Assembly: GCA_001275005.1 (NCBI GenBank)
Contig: JWZX01002813.1
Location: 1 to 32,385, forward strand
Source: Chrysochromulina tobinii
Taxonomy: Eukaryota
DNA length: 32,385 nucleotides
Direction of reading: 5' to 3'
Shown: positions 9,764 through 19,819 of the stretch, one piece after another
Numbering within the stretch: the stretch's first letter is position 1
Layout of the letters: every line of letters begins with the position of its first letter
Notes under the pieces: model-generated
Told to the model about the DNA's origin: nothing
Database searches by the model: none
What the model saw: only the letters and a program-made list of their open reading frames with translations
Made by a program: the position numbers and the translations under genes

Positions 9764-12355
9764 CTTCGAGGTCAGGCTGAGCCCAGACAAGCCAGAGGCA
9801 CTCGCGCTGAGGGCTTTGGTCGAGGGCGAGGCTGACAGCGCCGCCTCCACTATCTCCCTCTCCCCAAGCAATTGCTCCATCGAGCTCGGTCCGGACATGA
9901 TATTCGGTGGCGGCTGGGGCGAAGCCTTGGGCGACGAGCGCGAGCCGCCCATGGGCGAGCCGCCCGTGGGCGAGGGCGGCTCATGACGACCGATCGCGTA
10001 GACCTCACTGGAGACGGAGGTGGAGGCGGTGGGCGATGTCCCGGATGAGGTTGATGAGACGCGGTCGTCCTCGTCGTGCGTCCATTTGCGTCCCTTGCGC
10101 CGGTTCGGGCTCTCGACCACATTCCACGCGCTGCCAGCATCGCCCTCGCCTCGATGGCCCACTGGAGGTGCAGCGTCGAGCCACGCCCACTCCGTATGCG
10201 ACGAGCTGCCGAGCGCCATAGGGCCGGGCTCCATCACACTGTGTGGCGAGCGCGGTGCCGCAACCGGCTTATTGTGGCCGATGATCTGGCCGACGGAGAC
10301 AGCGCCCGCTCGAGCTTTTCGTTCAGCCAAGGCGGGCTGCGTGGGCGGTTGTGTGGGGTTGCTCACCTTTGGCCGTGCAAGCGCCCGTGCAAGCGCCCTG
10401 GCCATGCTACGCAGCCGCCGGCCCACCCAGCGCAGCAGCTGCCCCCCCTGGAGCAGCACGCCCACTACGACGCCCAGCACGGCGGTGAGAGCTGCACCAC
10501 GGATCACCGTAGGGTCATGCCAGCTCGGGGGGCTCGAGAGGGCGCCGCCCGAGACGACGCCCGCGCGAGCGCGAGCGCTCGACACGGGCTCAAACGGCGC
10601 TGCTTCGAAGGGCATCGCGCCGGTCCCAGGCCGAGGTGCGCTCGCGTGGCTACCAATGGCACCTGGAGTAGCGCCGGATGCGCCGGCGGCCGTCGCGGCG
10701 CTGGTCGTGGTGGCGGAGGCATCCGGCGCAGAGTTCCGGAGACCCGCCTTGATTACTTTGATGAGGCGACGGGTAACGGCGACGTGGTGCGTGCCGATCG
10801 GCGGCCCGAGCGCGCGCATGGCGAGGCCGTTGACCTTCTCGAGCGCCTCCCTCGCCAGATCGAGTGCGCTCAGCCCTTGCCAGCACACATGCGGATCTGC
10901 ACCCGCGCGGAGCAACTCCTTGACAACCTCCGAGTGCCCAGCCCACGAGGCGAGCATCAGGGCGCTCATCCCGGGGACGCGCCGTCCTGCAAATGTTGGC
11001 TGCTGGAGGGCCGCGGGCGAGGCCGCCACAAGCGGCGCCACGAGCTCCGCGTGTCCACGCCACGCCGCCAGGTGCAGCGCATTCATCCCGACCATTGCGC
11101 CCGAATGTGCTATCGCTGTTACACGTGCTATCGCTGTTACACTCGCTTTGGCGCTGAGGAGCACTTGGGTAGCCTCAGCGTGCCCGTTGGCGAGCGCGAG
11201 CAGGAGCGCCGTTGCACCGTCCAGAGGTGAGCGAGCATCCGCCTGCGCGCCCGCCCCGAGCAGGCGCTTGAGTGCGGGCAGCAGATTGTGTGCGCTTGCC
11301 AGCTGGAGCGCCGAGCGAGCGGGCGCACCGCTGTCCACGCTTGTGGCCAGATTCCCTATCAGCTCGTGGAGCTTCGATGGCACGGCGGCTGCCTCGCCCG
11401 AGGCCAGCGGAGGGACGCCCAGAAGCGCCTCGACCACCTCACGAGCCAGCCTGGCGGCGCGGCTCACCCGCACACGACGCTCCTCGGACGCCTCCCGAGC
11501 ATGAGGAGCACTCGCCTCGTTCGTCGGCGAGATGCCGTCGGAGCTTTCTTCCGAGAGGACGGCCCCCGTGGCCGAAGGCCGCAGCTCCTGTTGGGTCATC
11601 GATGCGAGCGTGAGCTGCTCGTGCAAGGCAAAGAGCTGCCCGACGGGCATGTCGATGGGCCCGGGCGGCACGCAACGGGGGGGCAAGGCCGAGAGCGCCG
11701 GCAACGGAGGGAGTGGCGGCAAGTCGGCGCATCGCTTGGCAATAGGCGGGGAGGCTGGTGTGGGGACAGACCGAGAGTCCATTTCCGCGTGGTCTTTAGC
11801 GGCGGGTGCGGAGTCGTGCACACTGCCAACTGCGCCGGCCTGCACCAACGCCTCCACCACGCCCACGTGGCACTGCTGCACCGCGAGCGAGAGGATGCTC
11901 ACGCACGAGCCCGGCAGGAGGTTGGGGTCGGCACCCCCGGCGAGGAGCAGGCGCACGATGTGCGCGTGCCCCCGGTTGGTGGCCGCTGAGAGCGCGCTAT
12001 CTCCAAGAACGTCTTGCGCATTCACGTCGGCTCCGGCAGCCAGAAGGACGGTCACCGACTCCTCAAGACCGGATGTGGCTGCCGCCATGAGCGCCGTTTG
12101 CCCGTCAGCGTCACGAAGGTTGGGGTCGGCTCCAGAGGTTAACAGAGCGCGCAACACCGCGACACGCCTACGCGAAGCGGCCAACATTAGGCTTGTTGAC
12201 CACGGGTGCGACTCGATTCTTTCGTCACCGCGGGCCTCGCCAGAACGGATCAGACGGAGAACCTCATCAACTTTCCCGAGCGCCGCTGCTTCGGTGATGA
12301 GGCGGGCGGATGAGAAGGTGAGAAGGCCGGCGAGGAGGGCATACATAAGGCGCAT
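9755..12355 (-). CDS. Ankyrin-repeat membrane protein, 5' part; truncated by the transposon (stop TGA inside the right TIR)
   Basis: Signal-peptide-like MRLMYALLAGLLTFSSA; many ankyrin repeats (GQTALMAAA...LLAAGADVNAQD, GDSALSAA, GMNALHLAAWRGH, GMSALMLASWAGH); hydrophobic AALTAVLGVVVGVLL followed by an Arg-rich segment. Confidence 0.88.
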   Translation of the reverse strand: MRLMYALLAGLLTFSSARLITEAAALGKVDEVLRLIRSGEARGDERIESHPWSTSLMLAASRRRVAVLRALLTSGADPNLRDADGQTALMAAATSGLEESVTVLLAAGADVNAQDVLGDSALSAATNRGHAHIVRLLLAGGADPNLLPGSCVSILSLAVQQCHVGVVEALVQAGAVGSVHDSAPAAKDHAEMDSRSVPTPASPPIAKRCADLPPLPPLPALSALPPRCVPPGPIDMPVGQLFALHEQLTLASMTQQELRPSATGAVLSEESSDGISPTNEASAPHAREASEERRVRVSRAARLAREVVEALLGVPPLASGEAAAVPSKLHELIGNLATSVDSGAPARSALQLASAHNLLPALKRLLGAGAQADARSPLDGATALLLALANGHAEATQVLLSAKASVTAIARVTAIAHSGAMVGMNALHLAAWRGHAELVAPLVAASPAALQQPTFAGRRVPGMSALMLASWAGHSEVVKELLRAGADPHVCWQGLSALDLAREALEKVNGLAMRALGPPIGTHHVAVTRRLIKVIKAGLRNSAPDASATTTSAATAAGASGATPGAIGSHASAPRPGTGAMPFEAAPFEPVSSARARAGVVSGGALSSPPSWHDPTVIRGAALTAVLGVVVGVLLQGGQLLRWVGRRLRSMARALARALARPKVSNPTQPPTQPALAERKARAGAVSVGQIIGHNKPVAAPRSPHSVMEPGPMALGSSSHTEWAWLDAAPPVGHRGEGDAGSAWNVVESPNRRKGRKWTHDEDDRVSSTSSGTSPTASTSVSSEVYAIGRHEPPSPTGGSPMGGSRSSPKASPQPPPNIMSGPSSMEQLLGEREIVEAALSASPSTKALSASASGLSGLSLTSKYG
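9764..9772. repeat. Right target-site duplication CTTCGAGGT
   Basis: Identical to 5027-5035. Confidence 0.95.
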
Positions 12356-12650
12356 CTCCACCTAGCTAGGGGCTCCGTCTCAGGCTCGTCGCCCGGGCTC
12401 GTGCAGCACCCTCACCACGAAGGCCCCTACCAAGCCTGTTCCGTGAGCGGGGGGGAATCGGTGCTTACGGTCGGGAAGGCCGACAGGAAGTTTCGAATTG
12501 ACGAAATGAAATGAATTTTCAAGAAATGCGTTGGAAGAATACGGGGTGGGGAAGTATGCGTTTGGAAAAAAATCCCGTTGAAACACATACATGTAACAAG
12601 TGTTCACACGTTGAGCAAAATTCCTCAGCGGGACCTCGAAACGAATTTCG

Positions 12651-15600
12651 ATGCTTGTTCACCAGCGAGCGCCGTTCAACGCTTCCGCCCTCCTGCGCGC
12701 GGACCCGACCGTGGCGGCTGTGCTCGACTGGGCCCACAATTCCCAAAAGGTGGCCGTGCTCGCTAAAGCCTTCCGGTGCCTTCTGGACGCGAGCGCCGCG
12801 GCTACCAAGGCCACACGATGCCGGTGGCATGAGAGGACTCAGAGGTATAAATTGGAGCGGCGGCGCTTGCTAACATCTTTAATATGCTGGCACCGCGGCA
12901 CGGCGTCGCTCATCGCACGCAGGGCCGAGATCTCCCTCCGGCGCGGCCGAAGAGCCGTAGATCATGCCTTTGCCTTGTGGCTGCGCTGGTGTGCCTTGCA
13001 CCTTCGATTCGAGAAGGTGGCAGTGCACAGGTACCAGCTGCGGGCGGCCAAGCGCGCTCTGACGCTCTGGCGATGTCCGCAGCAGGAGCTCAAGGCGCGG
13101 CGGCAGCTCGTCGAGCCGCGGTACGTCTATGCACAGCACAGGCGGGTGCGCGCGTGCCTACTCGGCTGGGGACGTCGACAGCACGAGGTACGCGGCCTTG
13201 GCGAGGCGTCTGCGCGCGCCCACACCGCCCTCGCGCAACGCAGGCTGACTGCCGCGGTGCTCCGATGGCGCTACCAGTGGGAGGAATGGGCGTGCTTGCA
13301 ATTCGCGGTGTCAGCCCACATGCGCTCAGCACTCCGCCGCGTCTGCGCCGCGATGCGCGCTGCCGGACTGGCCGATGCGATGCGATGCGGTGCTGAGGCG
13401 ATGATGCACATGGGCGCGGCGCACCATCGGTCGTGTGCGCTGCCTCACTCGATGCTCAGCTGGTGCCGTCGAGCACGTTGGTCCGCACAGGCGCGCGCGC
13501 TCGATGGTCGGGGTCGACGCATCTGGCTCATCTCAATCAGTCGACGCGTGCTGGTCAAATGGCGTGCCTCGTGCCGGGCGCATGAGGCACGGCTGTCGCT
13601 CGAGGGCACTGCCGTCTTGGTGTGCTGCAAGCGCGGCGTGTACCGGTGGGCTGAGGCCGCGCAGCAGCGGCGCGCGATCAACACACGGCTGCCCGTGCCG
13701 CGGCTGCGGACTGCGCTCCGTCGGTGGCGGCGCAGCAGTGCCTACCTGCGCGCGTCGCGCGCCGTAGCGGAGCACGTGCGCGCAGTCAGCGTGCTGCGCC
13801 ACTTTGGGGGCAAGGCTGTGCGCCGTTGGCGGGCGCGCTTTGGCGCGACGAGAGACGCCGCTGCGCTGCAGCTGACTGGAGCGCTCTACTATCGGCGTCG
13901 GCGCATGGACTGGGCGAACATTCGGATTCGTTCGTGGTGGCGTGCGCGCGTGCGCGTGCGCCTCGGACGCGCACTCGAGACCTGGCATGGGCGCGCGCAG
14001 TGCGCGCGTCTCGAGCGCCACTTGGACGATGTGCTCAGCCAGCCCGATAATTGGATAGAGCGCTGGCAGCAGCAGCGCGCGCTCACGGCAGCGCTCGGCA
14101 CATGGAACACGCGAGCGCGCCAGTCGTCGCCTTTACATGGCGCTGCCGCTCGCAATTCTGGCGCTCGCAATCCTGATGCCGCTCGCAATCTTGCATCCAC
14201 AGCTCCATCTACGCGTACTCATTGCTTGCATCAGTGGGCTCGTCCTCCAAAGTTCGACGTTGCCTTGAGCACCTGCGCTCTCAAGCACTCTACGAGCCGA
14301 GGGCAGGCTCGCGTGCTGCAAGGGCTGCTACGGCACGCGACCCAGAGACAGGCGGATGCGCGCCTGTACGCCCTCGCGGGGCGCCAGGCTCGGCGCCTTG
14401 GGCTCTGGCAAGTGTGGCGGCCGTTGCTCGCCGCTCAAGAAGCGCACCGCATCGCCTCACTGGGCTTCGTGGCGAGCTGTAGATTCGGCCTCGCGCGCGG
14501 CTGGCGCAGCTGGCGCTCGAGGCGCTCCGCGCTGCGCCGAGGACCACGCTACACCGCCGCCGACGACACCCGCATCGCCCTGAACCGCGGCCTCTACCTC
14601 TGGTGCGAATGGCACAAGGCGGAGAATGTGATTGGCCACAGGCGGTTTCGACGGCGCGGAGCGTGGGCCCGGCTGCTCTTGTGGTATGCAGAGGCGCAGG
14701 TGCGTCGGGCAACGAATGGTGCCGCCGACACGCTGGCGCGGCGCAAGCAGGCACCCGTTGTGATGCAAGCCTTCCGCAGCATGTGCGCCGCCACCGCGCG
14801 CGACCTTCAGCTGCAGGCGACTGCTGGGCGAGTCGCTGCGTGGCGATCGACGGAGCGCCGGGGCTTCGAGCGCCTGCAATCGTACGTGGCGCTCACGATG
14901 ACGCTCGAAGCCACGGGCACGGCCGTGCATGAGCTGCTCGCACGTATTGGGTGTAGACGCGCCATCGCCAAGATGCACACGCACGCCCTCCCTCTGGCTC
15001 ACGCAGCACGCTGGCGGCGGCGCAGGGCTCTCGCGCGCTTGCTGCGCCTGTGCCTGGATGCACGTGTCTGGAACTTCGAGCGCGCCACCGCGAACGAGAT
15101 CGCCTCAATTTGGGTCTCGCGGCAGATGCGGCGGCGCGGCTTCGAGGCGTTCCAAAGGCACCAGGCGTCCACACTGCTCGCGTCCAGACTGCTCACCACG
15201 GCGCTCCAAAGGCAACGTCTCGATGCCGAGCACGAGCATACCCGCGGGCGGCGTGCGGAGGCGAGCGCGCGCGCGCCTCTCTTCCTGCTGCGCCGCCCCT
15301 TTGCCCGCCATCATGACGAGTCTCGGGTGCGGTTGGCTCTCGAGGCGGCGTCCGACCAATTCCGCCGCCTCGTGCAGGCCCGAGGCCTCAGCGCCTATGT
15401 CGCCGGCGTGCGCACGTGCGCCGTCTTGCGGCGGGCGCGAGAGCGGAACGTCGCGCTCGTCGAGTTGCGACGCGCGACGCGAAAGATGCGCGCTGCGTGC
15501 GAAGCGCGAGCTCGCCTCGTTGCGCTCTCAGCCCAGGCGTCCACACTGTTTGTGCGCCGAGTGGCGCCGGCACGGTCACTGGTCGCCTGGCGGCGGATGG

Positions 15601-17348
15601 CGGACATTCGATGGGCGGCCGCAACAGTCACCGAGCGCTTGCGGCGTGGGCGCCTTGGGTCCGCGCTTGGCATGCTGAGGACGACGGTCAGCATGGCTGC
15701 GTGGCGTGTGGCCTCCAGCGCGACCGGACTCTCACACTATCGGCGCGGCCGCCTAGGGTCCCATTGGGTAGCATGGCACACGTTCCTCTTGAGCGAGTCC
15801 GCATTGGCGCTGCAACGGGAGGCGGCGGCACGCATGCATCGGCGGCGGCAGCTGTGGAGTGCCACTGTTGCGCTCTCCGAGCACTGCCACTTCCAAATGA
15901 GCATCCCTCGCGCGACGCGGCGCATCGAGCGGCGCCGGTACGCGGAGGCACTGGCGCTCTGGCGCGGCAGGAACCACATGGTTTGCCAGTTTGTGGAGGT
16001 CACCCTGCTGCTGAGGGCGCAGGAGGCTATGCATATGGCCCTCGTGCGCTGGCGCCGCTGGCATGAGTCCCGAGTCTGCTGTTCGCTGCTCGACACAGCG
16101 TCCTCGAGCGTCGCAGCCGAGTTTACAAGATCCGTGGGCGGAGGGCAGCGCTGGCGTGCGTGGCACCTGTGGCGAGCGTGGGCGATCGAGCAGCGCCTCG
16201 TGCAGACGCTGCAGCTTGCCACGGTACGGCTGCGCGCCGTCACGCTCGCGCGCGCGTGCCGCTCATGGCTGAGCTATTCGATCAAGCGATGCGAGCTCGA
16301 GCTCTTGAGCGATCGTGGGGCCAAGATCGGCTCCAGGTATGCCAAAACGATCGCGATGCGCCGCTGGCGGCCTCTCAAGTGGTTTGGAGAAACCACCTCG
16401 CTGCTCTGGCCAAACCACCACGCCTCGCTCGTTGTCGAAACGCTGTACCGGCGCCCCGTTCGCAACGCACTGCAACGTTGGCACTCGCACGCCGTCGCGG
16501 TGCTCATCAGCGAGCGGAGCATGCAGATGGCGGCCCTGGGTGTGCACAGAATCGCACTCGAGCGAGCCTTGTTAATCCTCGCACGGCACGCAGTGCGCAC
16601 CATCCGCTCCCTGGTGGTCGACCAGCTTGCCACCGAGATCTGCATGCGTCGAATGATCCTTGAGTGGTCCGTCAAGGCACGCCGGCTGCTTGTGCCGAGA
16701 GTGCACGAGTTCGATATGACGACCATCGCGCTGCGCTTCTGGCGGCTCCGGAGCCTCTTCGACGCCTTTGCGCGCCTCGTGGGCACTTCCTTCAAATACT
16801 CGCCGCTTGCCCAGACATTCCTCCAGGGCACTGCCGAGCAGGGGATTCTGCAGGGGACTCGCCGCTCGCCCTTGCCGCCGAGCCGCGCCGCCATCGAGCT
16901 GCCGCCGTCACTGCCGCCGGCCAAAGGATTCGTCACTGAGCCGGCCGAAGACTCCGCGGTGCCCCTCACGATCACTTCCAGGGTGGTGCGTGGCATTTTC
17001 AGTCAAACGGCCGATGGCCCGGCGGTGCACCTCAGCCGCGGCGTCTACAGTCACAGCCAGGAGAGGCGCGAGCACGCACGGTTCGAGGTGCGCGTCGAGG
17101 CGTGCCTGACGAGCGCGACGGGCAAAACAGAGGCGGCAGGGCTTTCGCCGCCGGCCTCACCTGAGGCGCCCACGACAGAGGCGCCTACCCTCCGCTGTCT
17201 CACGCCGCCGACAGGGCTCTCGCCGCCGCCGCTGATGGCTGAGGTGGAAGCGGCGCTTCAGCGGCTCAACGCCACCGCCGCCACCGCAGCCGCGCACCCG
17301 CGCTCCGATCCAACGCTCCTCTCACGAGCCCAGAGAGACGAGCAGTGA
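12651..17348 (+). CDS. Sfi1-like Trp/Arg-rich repeat protein (putative centrin-binding, basal body/centrosome), 1565 aa
   Basis: Long ORF with recurring helical motifs of the type A..H....L..A/F..WR (LTAAVLRWR, LRTALRRWR, ALTAALGTWN, HMALVRWRRW, VRNALQRWH) and a Pro-rich C-terminus. Confidence 0.65.
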   Translation: MLVHQRAPFNASALLRADPTVAAVLDWAHNSQKVAVLAKAFRCLLDASAAATKATRCRWHERTQRYKLERRRLLTSLICWHRGTASLIARRAEISLRRGRRAVDHAFALWLRWCALHLRFEKVAVHRYQLRAAKRALTLWRCPQQELKARRQLVEPRYVYAQHRRVRACLLGWGRRQHEVRGLGEASARAHTALAQRRLTAAVLRWRYQWEEWACLQFAVSAHMRSALRRVCAAMRAAGLADAMRCGAEAMMHMGAAHHRSCALPHSMLSWCRRARWSAQARALDGRGRRIWLISISRRVLVKWRASCRAHEARLSLEGTAVLVCCKRGVYRWAEAAQQRRAINTRLPVPRLRTALRRWRRSSAYLRASRAVAEHVRAVSVLRHFGGKAVRRWRARFGATRDAAALQLTGALYYRRRRMDWANIRIRSWWRARVRVRLGRALETWHGRAQCARLERHLDDVLSQPDNWIERWQQQRALTAALGTWNTRARQSSPLHGAAARNSGARNPDAARNLASTAPSTRTHCLHQWARPPKFDVALSTCALKHSTSRGQARVLQGLLRHATQRQADARLYALAGRQARRLGLWQVWRPLLAAQEAHRIASLGFVASCRFGLARGWRSWRSRRSALRRGPRYTAADDTRIALNRGLYLWCEWHKAENVIGHRRFRRRGAWARLLLWYAEAQVRRATNGAADTLARRKQAPVVMQAFRSMCAATARDLQLQATAGRVAAWRSTERRGFERLQSYVALTMTLEATGTAVHELLARIGCRRAIAKMHTHALPLAHAARWRRRRALARLLRLCLDARVWNFERATANEIASIWVSRQMRRRGFEAFQRHQASTLLASRLLTTALQRQRLDAEHEHTRGRRAEASARAPLFLLRRPFARHHDESRVRLALEAASDQFRRLVQARGLSAYVAGVRTCAVLRRARERNVALVELRRATRKMRAACEARARLVALSAQASTLFVRRVAPARSLVAWRRMADIRWAAATVTERLRRGRLGSALGMLRTTVSMAAWRVASSATGLSHYRRGRLGSHWVAWHTFLLSESALALQREAAARMHRRRQLWSATVALSEHCHFQMSIPRATRRIERRRYAEALALWRGRNHMVCQFVEVTLLLRAQEAMHMALVRWRRWHESRVCCSLLDTASSSVAAEFTRSVGGGQRWRAWHLWRAWAIEQRLVQTLQLATVRLRAVTLARACRSWLSYSIKRCELELLSDRGAKIGSRYAKTIAMRRWRPLKWFGETTSLLWPNHHASLVVETLYRRPVRNALQRWHSHAVAVLISERSMQMAALGVHRIALERALLILARHAVRTIRSLVVDQLATEICMRRMILEWSVKARRLLVPRVHEFDMTTIALRFWRLRSLFDAFARLVGTSFKYSPLAQTFLQGTAEQGILQGTRRSPLPPSRAAIELPPSLPPAKGFVTEPAEDSAVPLTITSRVVRGIFSQTADGPAVHLSRGVYSHSQERREHARFEVRVEACLTSATGKTEAAGLSPPASPEAPTTEAPTLRCLTPPTGLSPPPLMAEVEAALQRLNATAATAAAHPRSDPTLLSRAQRDEQ

Positions 17349-17864
17349 GGCGATCTCGATCGTGCGGATCTCATCGCTTGAATCATTTTTTTTAGTCTCT
17401 AAAATTTCAGTATAGTCGTTAGTCCGTGCGTGGCTGTTTAGGTGTATACTACGCTAGTTATTACCCTTTGAACACGGCGTCACGGAACCGCGCCCCCGGC
17501 CCGGCCGGCGGCCGCGCAGCGTCGCTCCCGGAGATCGGTGGCCCGGCGGTCCGAGCCTTCGACCCCGGCCCTCTCGGGACTCCGCGGCGTCACACGTCGA
17601 GCCCAGACGCCGTGCGGACGAGGCGCGACAGAGACAGGACTCAGGAGAGAGAGAAAGGGAGCTCATGCAATGGAGCTCACGATTACGAGATCGGGCGAGA
17701 GGGGCGCTTGCGTAACCCCGCAGCTCTCGAGCCGCAACCGAGGGTTGACTGATAGCTTTCATCAGCTCCAGCACTCGCGTTGCTGAACACCGTACACGCT
17801 TAGTATGCCTGGGGGAGACCCCCTCGCCACGTGTACGCTGCCGGTTGGCGATGTTTACTTACTA

Positions 17865-17884
17865 ACTTACTTACACGGTGCGGA
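17865..17884 (+). repeat. Imperfect (TTAC)n microsatellite
   Basis: tttacttactaacttacttac. Confidence 0.6.
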
Positions 17885-18355
17885 CGGACGAGCGCCAATT
17901 AGCAATTTTCGCAACTTCACTCCGGTCAGCGTAGAGGGCGAGAGTCGCATACGCGACCGGTCGCCCGGTTTCGTTGAGTCGTTAACGCGAGTTACGCCCG
18001 GTTTTTGCGGTTACAGGGGCGCGGGCCCGGCGGATGATTCGGTTCTCGCCCCGGCGCATGGATCATGGATCATCGGACGGGACATCGCAACAAATCTCAA
18101 ATGCGAAATGGTTCGTTGGTTGATGCATGATGGTTCCGGCTGCGGCTCGCGGTTCGGTTCGCGTTGCGGGCCGCCCGCCCGCACCCGCGCGCGCACCATC
18201 ATGCATAAAATCGAGTTTACATGATATTTCTCACGTGATCGTGAAAGCTAAACCTAGTACGCTGCGTATGCTATAATGTAAGAGTGCACCATGAGGTGCA
18301 CGCACGCGCTCGTTCGCTTGGTGCTGGCGTCGAGGGTTTCACCTTTCACGGCTTC

Positions 18356-19558
18356 CTATGGCAAGCGCAGCAATTCCCAATCAACCGACTCCGCCATCGA
18401 CACGAAGCCCGTCTCGCTTCTCCAGCGCTCCACGCGCGCTTCCGCCTCGGGGCTGAGAAGCTCCTCAAACTCGACCCTCGTGATCCAGCGCATGACGGAC
18501 TCAGCAAGCACCCTCCTCGCCCCTCCATCCTCATTCGCGCCGGCACCGTGGCTCTGTAGCATCTCATCAACGTCACCCGGCCCGCCCTCGTCTGCCTTAG
18601 CCTCCTGCCCCCACCAGCCGACGCGCGCCTCGTATCCCCAGTCCTCAAGAAGTTTCAGCGTCTTGCAGTAATGCAGCGCCACCACGGGATTGCTTTGGCT
18701 CCCTGCGTCCGCCAGAAGCACCACCACCGGCGACGGGCGCGGCCCTGCAGCCGAGGACGACGAGGGCGGCGGCACCGCGTCGGACGCTGGCACGCCTTGC
18801 TGCTCTGATGCGGCCAGCTGCAGATACGCACGTAACTGCGTGGGCGAGCGATAAAACTGACCGCCGCCGCAGCTCCACTCCCCAAGTACAGGTACGCCAA
18901 AAGCCTGCGCGGCGCTCATCGACTTGAGAACCCCCTCGCACAGCCCGACCCACGCCGGCGAGGCGCTGGAAAGTGCAGGCGAGGCCGCTCCCGTCGCTCC
19001 CGCCGCTCCCGCCGCTCCCGCCCATGCGGAGCTCGCCATCGGCCGCGAAACGTGCAGAGGCATCTCAATGACCTCATCGACGCCTTGACCGCTGCCGCGG
19101 CTTCTTAGAATGCGCATCGACGCGTAGCCGCGCCCTGGCCGAGCTTGAGTGAGCGAAAACTGGTCGCCGAGCGTGAGATAGCGCCGGCCTGCGACGCGCC
19201 GCTCCAATGCCGCGGCTTCGGCGGTCTGCTCCCCGCAAGTCATCGGCAACATGATCCTGAGCGCGCCGCCGCCGATGCGCTGCTCCCAGTCGAGCGAGGG
19301 CACGAAAAAGGCGTCGAGATCGGCCAAATGCGCGAGATTGGGTACGCGAGGCATGCGGTCGTCCAGTTCTACGTGCGCAAGCACCGCCGGCCGCCACGTG
19401 CGGAGAAGATCGTCACCTCGGATCGAACCACTTCGGATGCCATACTTGCGCTGCAAAAAGGCCGCGTGCGCGTCCTCCAGCGGTGCCCGGCCTTCGACCG
19501 CCATGCGGCGAAGTAGCTGCCGAAATACCGCGTCCATGTCGGACGGCGTGAGCAACAT
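18356..19558 (-). CDS. Hypothetical protein (start uncertain; ORF extends to the ATG at 19597, 413 aa)
   Basis: Long ORF with protein-like composition, divergent from the 19820 gene across an AT-rich spacer. The N-terminus MQSALRGLARARQML looks like a mitochondrial presequence. No family recognised. Confidence 0.55.
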   Translation of the reverse strand: MLLTPSDMDAVFRQLLRRMAVEGRAPLEDAHAAFLQRKYGIRSGSIRGDDLLRTWRPAVLAHVELDDRMPRVPNLAHLADLDAFFVPSLDWEQRIGGGALRIMLPMTCGEQTAEAAALERRVAGRRYLTLGDQFSLTQARPGRGYASMRILRSRGSGQGVDEVIEMPLHVSRPMASSAWAGAAGAAGATGAASPALSSASPAWVGLCEGVLKSMSAAQAFGVPVLGEWSCGGGQFYRSPTQLRAYLQLAASEQQGVPASDAVPPPSSSSAAGPRPSPVVVLLADAGSQSNPVVALHYCKTLKLLEDWGYEARVGWWGQEAKADEGGPGDVDEMLQSHGAGANEDGGARRVLAESVMRWITRVEFEELLSPEAEARVERWRSETGFVSMAESVDWELLRLP

Positions 19559-19819
19559 CTGGCGGGCGCGCGCAAGGCCGCGCAAGGCGCTCTGCATCGC
19601 GTGGCGACGCGAACAAACGATTTCATTGATTTTTACCCGAGAGTTCCGGCATCTGAGAAGACTGGCAAAACTTACTTTGGGGACCGTTTTACTTCATATA
19701 CCATTTTGAGTTTTTTCTTGTGGAATTTGAGGACTTTTCAGGTGAGGATTTCGAAACGGACGAGCCTCACGCACGCTGTTCTAGAACAGATCGAGGCTAC
19801 ACCCGGCACCGGAGCTGAA

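Noticed and set aside
11107..11142. 18-bp tandem duplication (also GCTCGCAAT x3 near 14148-14190)
   Set aside because: Ordinary in-frame slippage duplications; no spacers, so not CRISPR-like.
10020..11504. Long antisense ORFs (494 aa here; also 27723-29387 and others)
   Set aside because: Shadow ORFs opposite well-supported genes, expected in high-GC DNA.
17435..17789. Solo-LTR candidate (TGTTTAG...CTGAACA)
   Set aside because: Flanks GTGGC and CCGTA are not duplicated; no PBS or PPT seen.
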